From IMG/VR virus record IMGVR_UViG_3300008448_011290: a DNA stretch of 64,000 nt, one strand, 5' to 3'. Source of the DNA: a virus. Every line of letters begins with the position of its first letter. The stretch's first letter is position 1. The notes beneath the pieces are model-generated. The model saw only the letters and a list, made by a program, of their open reading frames with translations, searched no databases and was not told the DNA's origin. Below are positions 21,801 to 28,699 of the stretch, in pieces. A program made the position numbers and the translations under genes.

Positions 21801-22699
21801 GAATGAATCAAAGAAGAGAAACGTTTGCTGGTGTTGTGTCAGGAGAATTCTATCTAGAATATACGCCTCTTAACAGTGATTATGTGTTTGTATGGTTAAA
21901 TGGAGAATCATTGACACAAGGATACAACTTCCTTTTAAATGGTAATAAAATAACCATAGGTGGAATTACTGTATCAACAACAGACAGAATAGACGTGATG
22001 TATTTTGCTGCGGAGAGTGCAGTTAATGCTACAGGATTCCGAATATTCAAAGATATGTTGAACAGAACCTTCTTCAAAAGAATCAGTGCTGATAATACCA
22101 CAACATTGGCTGCAGCACTGGCAGATGATGCTATATCAATTACAGTGGCAGATGGTAGCGTATTAGCATCTCCTCCGGGTGGATCGGTACCGGGAGTCAT
22201 ATTCATAGACAAAGAAAGGATTGAATACTTTATCAAATCCGGCAACACTCTATCTCAATTGAGAAGAGGCACACTAGGTACAGGTATAAAAGTACACGCA
22301 GCAGGCACACAAGTAGTGGATGCTTCAGGTTCTCAAACTGTGCCTTACGCAGAAACAGTTTACACAAAAACATCTATGGGAGATGGTAGCACCAGTATGT
22401 TCCCTACCACAATTGCAGCAGCAACACCATATGAATTGGATGTGTTTGTGGGAGGTCGAAGATTGCCATACATGAGCGAAGATGGCAGCACTGTGAACTA
22501 CACAGTGGATGGCAGTACTGCAAATGTGGCACTTACTGATGCACCAGCAGCAGATGTACAGGTAAAAATCGTACAAAAACGTGGAGTAGTATGGTATACT
22601 CAAGGAGCGGGCACTGCAGCCGATGGTAAAGGACTGCAAAAATCAACAACTAATCAAGCAAAATTCATAGCAGGAGAACCAACAAATGTACCTGAATAA
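9827..22699 (+). CDS. Giant (4290 aa) multidomain baseplate protein (gp7-like position) with cupredoxin-like, CBM5/12-like, FG-GAP beta-propeller and GDGST beta-sandwich repeat modules
   Basis: Follows gp6; N-terminal LPSFYRTDNNHRFL; FG-GAP-like blades (YFGYQIV, RLGETLTIS...AGAPY, RFGHRLAV, AFGESISMS...SAPG, DFGRGIF...VGSP); YINEVKPFHTKIRE; W-x3-T-x-Y-x2-(G/N)D-x-(V/I)-x-Y modules. Confidence 0.8.
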   Translation: MADSPINSTTNYEVVTDSNGVTLRRSIAHLPSFYRTDNNHRFLTSTLDQLIQPGKLTRLDGYVGRQYSYTRQAADSYIEATSEDRANYQLEPAVTYTDKDTSSINPEDQVKFTATYDDYINQIKFFGGNVDNHDRLNKEIVYAWNPAVDFDKLINYREYYWLPEGPNPILVSNNGTNSVTEISVDHVGNTAYTFSTYDGVQNPTITLYRGNTYKFVLDVDGHPFYIMTEPFTTGIAEDGSTSVIYSSAVSGNGTEVGILTFTVPSDAPDILYYQCGNHQAMQGILTIKTITAVTKIDVEHEIVGTKNYIMSSGIKLSNGMKLKFIDNVTSATYKNKEFYVEGVGDHITLTDTARLITPESYSAETTELYDTVTYDSRPYAISFYRPETPDYITIKRDSPDNNAWSRYNRWFHKSVIKTSDDVNGNITALLETARAKRPIIEFDSGIQLYDHGTEGLNSVALIDTVTTDVFSTVVNSSGYIVDGISLAHGMRVLFTADTDSIVKNRIYKVNFVTVGGNSVINLTQEADGIPQDGQTVYAELGANYQGKTFYYSESENAWQQGQTKTALNQKPLFSLQDNNDIKFNDQTVYQNSSFAGAAVFEYKISETSPVDTVLGLRVKYNTINNVGDITFTSDLGSGSFTYKSGDKVISKNFGTGHVHYIISRTENEAKTSWIKRLEDSKQRVIRTFIVEANELRLFPIDVFANSVELEDLDVHVDVNSKVQNLNTDYTLVDGTTNKYIKFSYDLLVGDIVKIQCYSAAKRVVGKGLYEIPENLSVNPFNEQLKDFTFGQILNHVHDINEKNVELTGDIPGDSNLRDLPDVRTKGGTIIQHSAPLPQAMFSLIDQNANAISAIEYCSLEYQKFKEGFQSNIDIGRSYEGDPAAAVDEIIKTMHGDRGISFPFFYEDMIGYGEKVSTRTYTVQDSTETEYAIDSQFDINVSSNRAVYVYLNNTQLLQGYDYTFSETEDSVNITAALVEGDVIKIKDYSDTTGSFVPLTPTKVGIYPRFKPEKILDDTYLESTYVIVGHDGSKTVAYGDYRDDILLELERRIYNNCKIVYDSALLPETEVRPSGFTQGDYTIGEINNILSYDFYSWAGRNAVDYQKNEIYDDSNAFTFNYSSNKDSVNSEYLPGHWRGIYNYFYDTDRPHTHPWEMLGHSEKPTWWEDTYGPGPYSSGNELLWNDLAAGYDSGKESADPRYVRSDLLNYLPVDENGQLLSPIDSGLIDNYVSAGINKVWKFGDHSPTETAWRRSAQYPFAVIKLLALTRPAKFFGLFFDNSRLGLNVSGNVIDSDTEVAQNIRTAKYHLETSTDNETGTTTRYITGGYQPFVVNYLIKNGLDPAVFFYDKMKNLNVQLAYKLGGFTDKQNLRILTDSVSPGSTAGSQFIPDENYKILFRISNPINTFEYSGVLIELNTATTGDGSTLEGGYKVIGYNTIKPYFKIFEPLKNGNSYSIEAGNARATIYKDYGNVEKVVTYGTVFKDVQSVVNFLTGYGKYLESQGFVFDKFSRELKEIANWEMSSKEFLYWTRQGWAPGSAITLSPGAEGFHLSTKDSVIGRLKNLQGEYTVLDSAGSTVNSKSISTKRIGTTFEIISKFPESGIYNITMNAVQKEHILLFDNITVFSDILLQLATGFRQQRFRLIGWKTGDWNGDYYSPGFVFDEAQVAAWTANTDYQIGDTVEYNAKFYTSKVNHNSGNTFESDKWQKKKEKPAAQLIPNFDYKISQFNDFYNLESNNFDEGQQRLAQHLTGYQSRSYLDNLFLNDVSQYKFYQGFIREKGTLNAINKLVKAKFYGENIDLTIYPEWMIRVGEFGNTDNKKFVQIRMPDDTFTNNIQSIEILDNVSDSLDWEKSVRVLTSELYNKTIEYNSQETFSLYDYTEEGTDKDTVQKFKTAGYPRLLDVDHTAFTSTDLLNLDVSSITKNDLVWVAKKDNNDWDVLRLTSTVLKIIAMRSINNATQLEVILTGNHDFVAGDYFSILNSQSTQLNGVYKVYSTPTTASLIFNYNKSNRISSTVVLSDQSTINTYGNIYKWVSVRFDSMDNVNDRIPYSVYRDVDTANFVNGDRVFADNSTGKWAIYEKTDPYETKLLLSPDSVNEQYFGYQIVARNDSRTLIVASPGEGQGHIHFLYRAENQPGNLFSSTSSYEMNDGNDATSRLGETLTISTDENYIAAGAPYTNTLANDGSTRHENAGLIKIFAWNNVDKNYSFYNTVLPPTDDSSTLIDMNYGWACAIAEPSDASTVSTRPKFLFASAPGLNNNSGVVYVHTLQKDLADSTIPVWRQDSAIYSTESGSGKRFGHRLAVNDNADIIAISSVAPGTAGQVEIFTKNSVNDDGSSIEDGSTKHIFTHRQTLKGVNADGSTLNTAFGESISMSINGELLVISAPGKDQGEQNDAGAIYIYKWNADGSTNTYTLQQTIVAPESSTNMRFGSTVQINRANNRIVIGAEKFGNNRSMLFDNGATTFDLGDTDIVDLNIGSGGVFTATKYDTEFVIDDKLVTTNVDANDDFGRGIFITDTTVFVGSPQDDVLTNDGSTYRLDEGTVTIFDLKVRNSYAWTALSTETNLVNDKKVDSSFIFDSANNEIIDYLDYYDPVKGRILGIADREINYKTEWDPAIYNIGTKDKTVNTKTAWGEEHVGEVWWNMSTVRWVWYEQHGLEYQTKNWGKLFPGSSVDIYEWVESTLLPSEWNLRADTVPGLSQGVSGKPLHPDNTVFTVKQKYNTISDSFVNYYYFWIKNSVFLPAKNKSATERKNTTAYVSNLIENPLASGIKYYAITGTNSLITFNVKNSLTNDNTVLNINYKNNNNEDTAHSVWKLIREGDKDDSPNALLEKKWWDSLVGKDTSGNEVPDLTLPINQRYGNSVRPRQSWYVDRFAALKEIVDYSNSVLKTKELANSISYANLNSADPEPTEASGEWDRRVESYADLTYIDTRDISGIIDVLVASDEENSKGSWAIYNWNLTEWIRTKVQTYKTSTYYSLADWYADGYDTNTVIDKQVNYQYEVETIDLEIGRIVKVLRADTGGWKLFEQTAEGLKNVATQNGTIQLSKALYDYTIKNTGFDADDTFDANFFDQEPTIETRNILTALRDDIFVGDLKIEYNNIFFIGLRKVLEEQLYVDWLNKSSFINVTNSLRPLDQRKTYRVGNENFVEDYINEVKPFHTKIREYRLGYTTTETQDGINTDFDLPAFYDGTRIRNVDVSADVALMASYPYRFWRDNYKKYVDSIVVTKGGSGYITAPTVTLVGGTTKSVGPFTVLGRSNSGPTSGQSGYFYPLYTAAADADLADSQEGGTGTSSLFTFNEYPSIEFYMPDSDQNTAITDRPTGYEVYTTADNTQATARAIIQNGSVTRIQLLTPGSNYTATPRVVLTGGGSGGVTPADAARAYANLRNDLVRDISTTIKFDRVQSTATVLDWVANTAYAYNDLIRYEDGFYKVNSGFTSTEDFDNGLTYLTKLRGDEPYITAAERTLGLYQPDAGMPGNELSQVMTGVDYGGVMVTGLAFNSGQGWDRSPWYDNPWDTYGLSRVKTFYGDGSSTAFTFATAPSATDVYTVYINGVRQTSLVFRGDGSTKTFTVIPDDSSVVGNGDEIQFIPFDDDGVLTPTDDKTLDSLISGGLFGSAVGIAPSDIILEGDGFITPETSYAPEENVPGSMFDTVDIKVYTTPESGVPFIVNKNYIGDGLTLTYNIGQYPGTDDSVIVTVDGQTMRQNDEYTVDAAAKTITFLSTPVSGSKISIKSFAVSGSNYMVLNTFIGDGSTASFTTSARETFQLDSAASQLYVTVDGQPTTAYNYTVSGKLITITLHTGDGSTLLPPAAGKLIQISSFNQPAGSGRAYAEVRSEQLTHDGTNRYTLTYPAGAIGPYSGLTLLEVGGKILRGPDNTYYAGDGSTTSYSLGTDPANTVTVANEVEVYVNGSKKYQFTDYTVNIGTQQIQFVSAPSGTDVIAVSVLLDNHYYNEGSDVILKPTQLAADGISLSSGDIFVAITFNNAVGMNQRRETFAGVVSGEFYLEYTPLNSDYVFVWLNGESLTQGYNFLLNGNKITIGGITVSTTDRIDVMYFAAESAVNATGFRIFKDMLNRTFFKRISADNTTTLAAALADDAISITVADGSVLASPPGGSVPGVIFIDKERIEYFIKSGNTLSQLRRGTLGTGIKVHAAGTQVVDASGSQTVPYAETVYTKTSMGDGSTSMFPTTIAAATPYELDVFVGGRRLPYMSEDGSTVNYTVDGSTANVALTDAPAADVQVKIVQKRGVVWYTQGAGTAADGKGLQKSTTNQAKFIAGEPTNVPE

Positions 22700-22702
22700 A
22701 TA
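22697..22702 (+). promoter_or_regulatory. Putative late-promoter core TAAATA overlapping the upstream stop codon, 7 nt before ATG 22710
   Basis: Sequence gaaTAAATAcaacgcaATG; no Shine-Dalgarno between the motif and the ATG. Confidence 0.5.
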
Positions 22703-22709
22703 CAACGCA

Positions 22710-23372
22710 ATGACAGAACAAGAAAATAACAAAAATACTCAGCAAGAGCAGAACAATAAAAAGCCACAGGATCATTCCGGCATTAAAATGGAAGGACATA
22801 TTAAAATATGGGATCCTTCTACAGGTGAAGTTATTGTGGACAAAAGAAATGCTATTCATTATGAGAACATGAGCATAGCATTGGCTAACAGTCTTGCAAA
22901 TAAGAGCACAGGATTCGTTCATGAAATGGCATTCGGTAACGGTGGAACCACAGTGGATCCCACAGGTATTATAACATATCTAACACCCAACACCACAGGA
23001 ACCAATGCATCACTGTATAATCAAACCTATTACAAAGTTGTGGATGATAATTCAGCTACCAACAAAGACACTACCAGAAACAAAATGGAGATTCGTCACA
23101 CTGCGGGAAACAAATACACAGACATAGTGGTAACTTGCACACTGGATTACGGTGAACCCACAGGACAAGAAGCATTTGATAACACAACCAATTTTAATGG
23201 TGATTTCGTATTTGACGAGTTAGGATTAAAATCTTGGGAAGGCACAGAAAATGGAACATCTAATAAATTATTGACTCATGTGATATTCCATCCTGTACAA
23301 AAAAGTTTAAACAGACTGATACAAATTGATTATACTTTAAGGATACAATCGTTAACAACATTTACGGAATAA
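22710..23372 (+). CDS. Baseplate/tail structural protein
   Basis: VDKRNAIHYENMSIALA...FDELGL...LLTHVIFHPVQKSLNRLIQIDYTLRI; start moved from 22686 to ATG 22710 to remove the overlap with the upstream gene. Confidence 0.65.
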   Translation: MTEQENNKNTQQEQNNKKPQDHSGIKMEGHIKIWDPSTGEVIVDKRNAIHYENMSIALANSLANKSTGFVHEMAFGNGGTTVDPTGIITYLTPNTTGTNASLYNQTYYKVVDDNSATNKDTTRNKMEIRHTAGNKYTDIVVTCTLDYGEPTGQEAFDNTTNFNGDFVFDELGLKSWEGTENGTSNKLLTHVIFHPVQKSLNRLIQIDYTLRIQSLTTFTE

Positions 23373-23377
23373 AATAA

Positions 23378-24598
23378 ATGGCTTATACAGTTAACAAATC
23401 TAATACTGCAGCATCGCCCAATCAGTACACAGTACAAGATTCTATTTTGAATACACAAACAGATCTAGAATTTGTGGGCAAAGGTTATGCTGGATACGGA
23501 GAAGTAATTGCAGAAAATTTTCTACACCTACTAGAAAACTTTTCTAACACTTCAGCTCCAGGAAAACCCATCAAAGGTCAGTTATGGTATGATGAATCAT
23601 CTGCAAAAATAAAAGTTTACACAGGATCTTCGTTTCAACCAGTGGGTGGAGCAACCTATTCATCAGTGGCACCGGCAGGATTGAATGCAGGAGACCTTTG
23701 GATTGACAGCGACACGCAACAATTATTCTTTAATAATGGAGCTGCAAACGTACTGGTAGGACCACCAGCTTCTTCAGGAACAATAAACGGTTTCGTTTAC
23801 AGCACCATATCAGACAGCAGTGACAATGAAAGAAACATCACTAGAGTTTTCAACAGTGATGTGCAGGTAGCCATAATCAGTGATACCAGCTTCACACCCA
23901 AAGTGGCAATATCAGGTTTCGCTACTATTACAAAAGGTATAAATTTATCTACTGTTGTAACAGGATCAAAATTTACAGGCACAGCCACAAACTCAGATGC
24001 ATTGGGAGGAGAAGCTGCTGGATCATATCTTAGAATTGACGGCGCAAGTACCAGCTCCACTACAAGATCTTTATCAATAATAAATGATGTAGGATTGACC
24101 ATAGGAGCAGACAGTGATTTTAGAATATTGATAGATCCGCTAGGAGTTCACATGCAGAATAACACAGTGGACGAAGACATAATATTTAGAGTGAACGATG
24201 GTGGAGTCGTTACCACAGTAATGACACTAGATGGAACCACAGCTCGAGTAGGAATTGGAACCAGTTCTCCTACAACTAAATTAGATGTAGTAGGCACAGT
24301 GAATGCTACTGCCTTCACAGGACCTATCACCGGAACAGTAAATTCTTCTGAAATTAATATTCTAGCTTCTGGTACATTGGTATTTGAAGGATCTTCGGAT
24401 GATATCTATGAAACTACACTAACAGTGGCAGATCCCACAGCTGACAGAACAATAACTTTACCAAATAGATCAGGCACAGTGATAACGTCAGGAGATTCAG
24501 GCACTGTAACTGCTGCAATGTTAGCCAGTACGGTAACTTTGCAAATATTAGATTCTACAGGAACGGTATTAAAAACCATCTACGGCGCGGGTGCTTAA
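23378..24598 (+). CDS. Tail fibre/baseplate-attached fibre protein, paralog 1
   Basis: Shares the N-terminal module MAYTVNK...GKGYAGYGE..AENFLHLLENF...P.KGQLWYD with 30607 and 34605; RVGIGTSSP fibre repeat. Confidence 0.7.
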   Translation: MAYTVNKSNTAASPNQYTVQDSILNTQTDLEFVGKGYAGYGEVIAENFLHLLENFSNTSAPGKPIKGQLWYDESSAKIKVYTGSSFQPVGGATYSSVAPAGLNAGDLWIDSDTQQLFFNNGAANVLVGPPASSGTINGFVYSTISDSSDNERNITRVFNSDVQVAIISDTSFTPKVAISGFATITKGINLSTVVTGSKFTGTATNSDALGGEAAGSYLRIDGASTSSTTRSLSIINDVGLTIGADSDFRILIDPLGVHMQNNTVDEDIIFRVNDGGVVTTVMTLDGTTARVGIGTSSPTTKLDVVGTVNATAFTGPITGTVNSSEINILASGTLVFEGSSDDIYETTLTVADPTADRTITLPNRSGTVITSGDSGTVTAAMLASTVTLQILDSTGTVLKTIYGAGA

Positions 24599-24623
24599 TA
24601 CTGTATGGAAAATATTGTATTAA

Positions 24624-24652
24624 TTGACAGCAATAACAAATACATTTATAAT
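24624..24652 (+). promoter_or_regulatory. Perfect sigma70-type promoter TTGACA-N17-TATAAT
   Basis: TTGACA 24624-24629, 17-nt spacer, TATAAT 24647-24652, 20 nt upstream of ATG 24673. Confidence 0.8.
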
Positions 24653-24672
24653 ATTATAGAGAGACTATAAAA

Positions 24673-25650
24673 ATGGCAGTTCGTAAACCTTTATATTATG
24701 ATAGCGGAAATCTAAGAGAGATGACCGATGAGCAGATAGCTCAAATCAAAGCTAGAATGTTCTGGTCATACGTGTCAAATCCTTCTGTGGCACTAACAGT
24801 GGTTAACTCAGGTGGCACTCTAGGCACTATAACAGATACTAGATTACAAGCGGGAGCAGTCAGTACAAGTGCTTCTTCAACTCCAACAGAAGCAGAGACG
24901 GCTGAACCCAGCATAGTGAATGTGGCAATTGCTAGAATACAACAGACCATAGCATCAGATCCAAATCCTGCTACCACGCCCACACAATACCCTGCCTACT
25001 ACACAGCAGATGGCAACGTTAGAGCAATGAATCTACAGGACATGTATGATACTTTTGCTATAGAAGTTTTCGACGGTGGATGGACGGCTGCAGATGGATC
25101 CACAGTATTTCCTTCATTGCTTGCTGCAGAAATATACACCATACATACAACCACTTCCTTAACAGGTTACACAGCAGTGCCAGGACCAGATGGCAGCACC
25201 ATAATACCGATATTCTCAGACACTCGAGCTGATGTAGCAGCTTATGATGCAGGAAACATACCTGAAGATCAAGACCAACCAACCACCATACAAGATTATT
25301 ATTTGTTAAAAAAAGATATTCCTGCTCTACCTGCTCTGCCTTCAATGGTTAGAGTCAATACTGACGGCAACGTGGTTGCCATGACAGGTGCAGCCATAGA
25401 CACTGCTATAGGAGCAGCAATTAGATATTTGATACAGGCTGAAACAGGATATAAAATACGTTACGAGTATGGAGTGAATGGGTCAGGCACAGGTACACCA
25501 GTTGGGTCGGCCATGACTGACAGTCGTTTGGATGGTTCAGGCAATTATCAAACTCTATATGTTGGAGCAGATGATTACAGAGCTCAAGAATTTCCTGATG
25601 GTTCTCAACAGGTAATCAATGTATACACTTTAAAAGCAAGAGTGGATTAA
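24673..25650 (+). CDS. Probable virion structural protein (325 aa)
   Basis: Thr/Ala/Asp-rich, with internally repeated Y...GNLREM / Y...GNVRAM motifs and two DGST motifs; lies in the fibre region. Confidence 0.55.
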   Translation: MAVRKPLYYDSGNLREMTDEQIAQIKARMFWSYVSNPSVALTVVNSGGTLGTITDTRLQAGAVSTSASSTPTEAETAEPSIVNVAIARIQQTIASDPNPATTPTQYPAYYTADGNVRAMNLQDMYDTFAIEVFDGGWTAADGSTVFPSLLAAEIYTIHTTTSLTGYTAVPGPDGSTIIPIFSDTRADVAAYDAGNIPEDQDQPTTIQDYYLLKKDIPALPALPSMVRVNTDGNVVAMTGAAIDTAIGAAIRYLIQAETGYKIRYEYGVNGSGTGTPVGSAMTDSRLDGSGNYQTLYVGADDYRAQEFPDGSQQVINVYTLKARVD

Positions 25651-26138
25651 TGAATTTAGATAAAGGAAAGTTTATTAATGCAGTATTTGCCAGCAGCAAA
25701 AAGAAATTAATTCTAGCAATTTGGCAAGACATCGAAACCAAACAACAGCACGAAATAGCAATAGAAACAGATCTTAACAATAAAATGTATGTTAAATTAT
25801 TAGAAACTTTCACCACAGACGAGATTTCTACAATGACAGATCAAAAACGCAAACATGCAGCAAAAAGTTGGGAATTAATAGTGAAAGATATTGCTGAAAA
25901 ATATGGTTTAATATATGATCCTTCAGCAACTAATCCTCAAGACAAATTGGTTATAGATCATTTATTCAATCCTCCAGAGGGAGAAGCAGGTATGGAATTA
26001 TTATTCAATACTAAATTAAAAATATTTGATCTTCCACAAGTAACTCAATCCACTAATTCTGAATTAAAGAAAAAACTTAGAGAAGCAAAAACTCCTTTAG
26101 AATCTCTATATATTGCCGGAAAATTTCTATACGAATAG
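25650..26138 (+). CDS. Hypothetical protein
   Basis: 162-aa ORF translationally coupled (TAATG) to the upstream gene. Confidence 0.6.
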   Translation: MNLDKGKFINAVFASSKKKLILAIWQDIETKQQHEIAIETDLNNKMYVKLLETFTTDEISTMTDQKRKHAAKSWELIVKDIAEKYGLIYDPSATNPQDKLVIDHLFNPPEGEAGMELLFNTKLKIFDLPQVTQSTNSELKKKLREAKTPLESLYIAGKFLYE

Positions 26139-26825
26139 ATTATATTTTGCCCAATCATGAGGATGATTATCCATGTGGGTAAAATGAACAAATTTAATTT
26201 CAGGATAAAATTCATTGCCTAAGAACATATAAGGATTACCGGTTACTTCGTTATAGCGACGATTTAACATAGTTAATGTATGACGTGCAAAATGTCTTTC
26301 TCGAGCTTCCATTCTACAGAACCATGCTTTCGGCAGTGTTACTAGTTTTAATTGTTCTCTCACAGAATCTTCTATAAAATGCTGTTCGCCATTAACTGGT
26401 CCAGATGTATAACCTTCTTCGATATATTTCTTTTGCCAATGTATAGGGTCTTTTATAAACTTTTTATAAATGTAATGACAATCACGAGGATAGTATTTGT
26501 AGAATCCACCATTGATAGTAAATCTTTCTTTTTCTTCACCTTTAAGATCTCTCCACCAACCGGGTGCAGCTAAGAATTCTCCAGGCTGTATGGGATATTC
26601 AAATATTTTTTTATAATCATTGATTAATAGTATATCAATATCTATGACACAAATAGGTTCATCTTGTTCCAGAGTCATGCCATACATTTTGTTCCATTGT
26701 AATTTAATGTTGTCAGACATAGGAGATCTGATCCAATGAAACTCATATTCGGGTAATTTAGATTCCAAATATTTCTCATATTCAGGTCCGTATCTATCAC
26801 CAATTCTAACTGCTATTATTTTCAT
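26127..26825 (-). CDS. Glycosyltransferase-like protein (GT-A, DxD)
   Basis: IIAVRIGDRYGPEY, WNKM, IDID, NGGFY, GEQHFI, FVHF; paralog of 28006-28674. Confidence 0.65.
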   Translation of the reverse strand: MKIIAVRIGDRYGPEYEKYLESKLPEYEFHWIRSPMSDNIKLQWNKMYGMTLEQDEPICVIDIDILLINDYKKIFEYPIQPGEFLAAPGWWRDLKGEEKERFTINGGFYKYYPRDCHYIYKKFIKDPIHWQKKYIEEGYTSGPVNGEQHFIEDSVREQLKLVTLPKAWFCRMEARERHFARHTLTMLNRRYNEVTGNPYMFLGNEFYPEIKFVHFTHMDNHPHDWAKYNLFV

Positions 26826-28018
26826 TATATTTTTTTGATAGCCATTTGATTATTTTTTGGTAAATTTAATATCTCTATGTTTTTAGAATATTTTTTTAAG
26901 AAATTGTCCACAGCAGGTTTAGGAGTTAAGTTAATATCTTCGTTGATTTCATTAGTATTAAAATTTTTAGATTGCCAACCATGTGCATCATCAATTAAGA
27001 TTATTCCGTTTGTTGATAACATGTTATAACTTAATTCGAGATCATTACTCACAGTGTTTGATCGATGATCACCATCGATGTAAACAAAATCAAACTGTCT
27101 TTTAATTTCAATCATATGATTTAATGTTTCTAAGGATGAAAGTTTGTGGAAACATATATTTTTTTTATTTTTGCATATAGATAAATTGTTTCGCCAATTT
27201 TTTTCTACTTGATCAAAGTAATTCTGTTCAAGATCATAGACCGAGCTATTAAATGGATCTATTGTGTCTATTTTTAAATCAGCATAGTGATCTGCCAACC
27301 AAAGTGTATATCTTCCTTCAAATGTACCTATTTCTAAAACGTTCTTAGGAAGTCCGTGATTTTTAAAAAGATATTTGGTATTTTCTATCGCTGATTTGGT
27401 CCAATCTGTGTTAAAAACATATTGATTAAATTTAGCAACATATTCTTGTATGGACATTCTTGGTCTGTCAAAGTTTTTTATATCACCTCTGTAATAAATG
27501 TATCTCCAGCTGTAAGGGTCTTCAGGTCTTTTCCCTACCAAATACAGCATAGGATCATCATTTATCCATCCAGACTGTTTAGGGAATAAAGTTTTAGATA
27601 TGTTTTCTCCTGGATTTCTAGAGATAAAATAAAAATCATATTTTTTCATTTCTTTGCAATCATTATTGAAAAGTATATTTGAAGCATCAAGATAAATTTT
27701 TTTTAGTAACCACCATGGTGTGAGTTTGGAGTATTTTGGGTTTGCAAAAAATTTAGTGCAACATCTTATTACATTCTCTTTGTATTTGCCACCATTAACT
27801 GCAGTGCATGAATAAGCTGGTTCCCCATTGATAATAGCACACATAAAATATTCATCATCATTGGATCGAATAGCTTTGTCTGCTTTTTTTTGTTTAGCGA
27901 TGTGTTGCAGATATTCAAACTCGTTATATAATTGATCTCCAACCATGTATGTTACGTCAAATTTTAAGTTATTTTTTTCAATTTGATAATTCTGTTCAAA
28001 ATACATTATTCTACCCAA
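26825..28018 (-). CDS. Two-domain protein: unknown N-terminal domain plus class I SAM-dependent methyltransferase (Methyltransf_24-like)
   Basis: C-terminal half has VLEIGTFEGRYT, IDPF, FDFVYIDGDH and GIILIDD. Confidence 0.75.
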   Translation of the reverse strand: MGRIMYFEQNYQIEKNNLKFDVTYMVGDQLYNEFEYLQHIAKQKKADKAIRSNDDEYFMCAIINGEPAYSCTAVNGGKYKENVIRCCTKFFANPKYSKLTPWWLLKKIYLDASNILFNNDCKEMKKYDFYFISRNPGENISKTLFPKQSGWINDDPMLYLVGKRPEDPYSWRYIYYRGDIKNFDRPRMSIQEYVAKFNQYVFNTDWTKSAIENTKYLFKNHGLPKNVLEIGTFEGRYTLWLADHYADLKIDTIDPFNSSVYDLEQNYFDQVEKNWRNNLSICKNKKNICFHKLSSLETLNHMIEIKRQFDFVYIDGDHRSNTVSNDLELSYNMLSTNGIILIDDAHGWQSKNFNTNEINEDINLTPKPAVDNFLKKYSKNIEILNLPKNNQMAIKKI

Positions 28019-28674
28019 TAGTCTTTAATCCAAGAATTAATTTCTTGCTGTTTGCTGCCATGATTCAATATACATACCTCATACTCTTTTCTCAATTTCT
28101 CAGGAGTGGTATCTTTGCCAAATCTAACACCTTGCCAATAAGAATAAGCAATGGAGGTAGGCAATAAGTCTACCTGCACAGGTTCATTGAAAAGATATCT
28201 GTCTATACCTTGATATTTGAACAATATCATGTCTTTATTTTTTTGAAAATAATCGTGTACTTCTAAACCTTGATTATCTTGCCATTTCATTATAGAGGAG
28301 TTATACAATGTTGGAAATTTTTCTGTAGCTCTGGGAGAAACATACCCTTCTTTCCATTGTGAATATAAAACAGATAGTGTTCTTGTTTTTACTGAGAACA
28401 AACGTTCTAAGGGATTGAGTATTAATACATCAAGATCAAATAGTATATTTTCTCCTTGATTGAATAATTTTAAAAGATCTAACTTTAACCACCAATGTGT
28501 AAGATCAGTTTTAATTTTTACAATGTTAACTTCTTTTCTAATATCCGTAGAATTTTCAGTGTAACAATAGAAATTAAATGGTTCTCCATGAGAATTTTTT
28601 AATACCATGGAATACAACCTATTCACGTATTCAGCAGAATACTTGTCTCCCCATTTCACGCACACTATATTCAT
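28006..28674 (-). CDS. Glycosyltransferase-like protein (GT-A, DxD)
   Basis: MNIVCVKWGDKYSAEYVNRLYSMV, FYCYTE, WWLKLDL, FDLDV, YNSSIMKW, GIDRYL. Confidence 0.7.
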   Translation of the reverse strand: MNIVCVKWGDKYSAEYVNRLYSMVLKNSHGEPFNFYCYTENSTDIRKEVNIVKIKTDLTHWWLKLDLLKLFNQGENILFDLDVLILNPLERLFSVKTRTLSVLYSQWKEGYVSPRATEKFPTLYNSSIMKWQDNQGLEVHDYFQKNKDMILFKYQGIDRYLFNEPVQVDLLPTSIAYSYWQGVRFGKDTTPEKLRKEYEVCILNHGSKQQEINSWIKDYWVE

Positions 28675-28680
28675 GAATAT

Positions 28681-28689
28681 ATTATAGCA
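28681..28689 (-). promoter_or_regulatory. Extended -10 promoter (TGcTATAAT) 6 nt upstream of ATG 28674; probable leaderless transcript
   Basis: Minus strand reads TAATTAatcaaacTGcTATAATatattcATG. Confidence 0.6.
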
Positions 28690-28699
28690 GTTTGATTAA

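Noticed and set aside
10538-25200. Recurring GATGGCAGCAC-like 11-mers as a DNA repeat, CRISPR or mobile element
   Set aside because: Always in frame as DGST, irregularly spaced, and other copies use different synonymous codons, so this is a protein-level motif.
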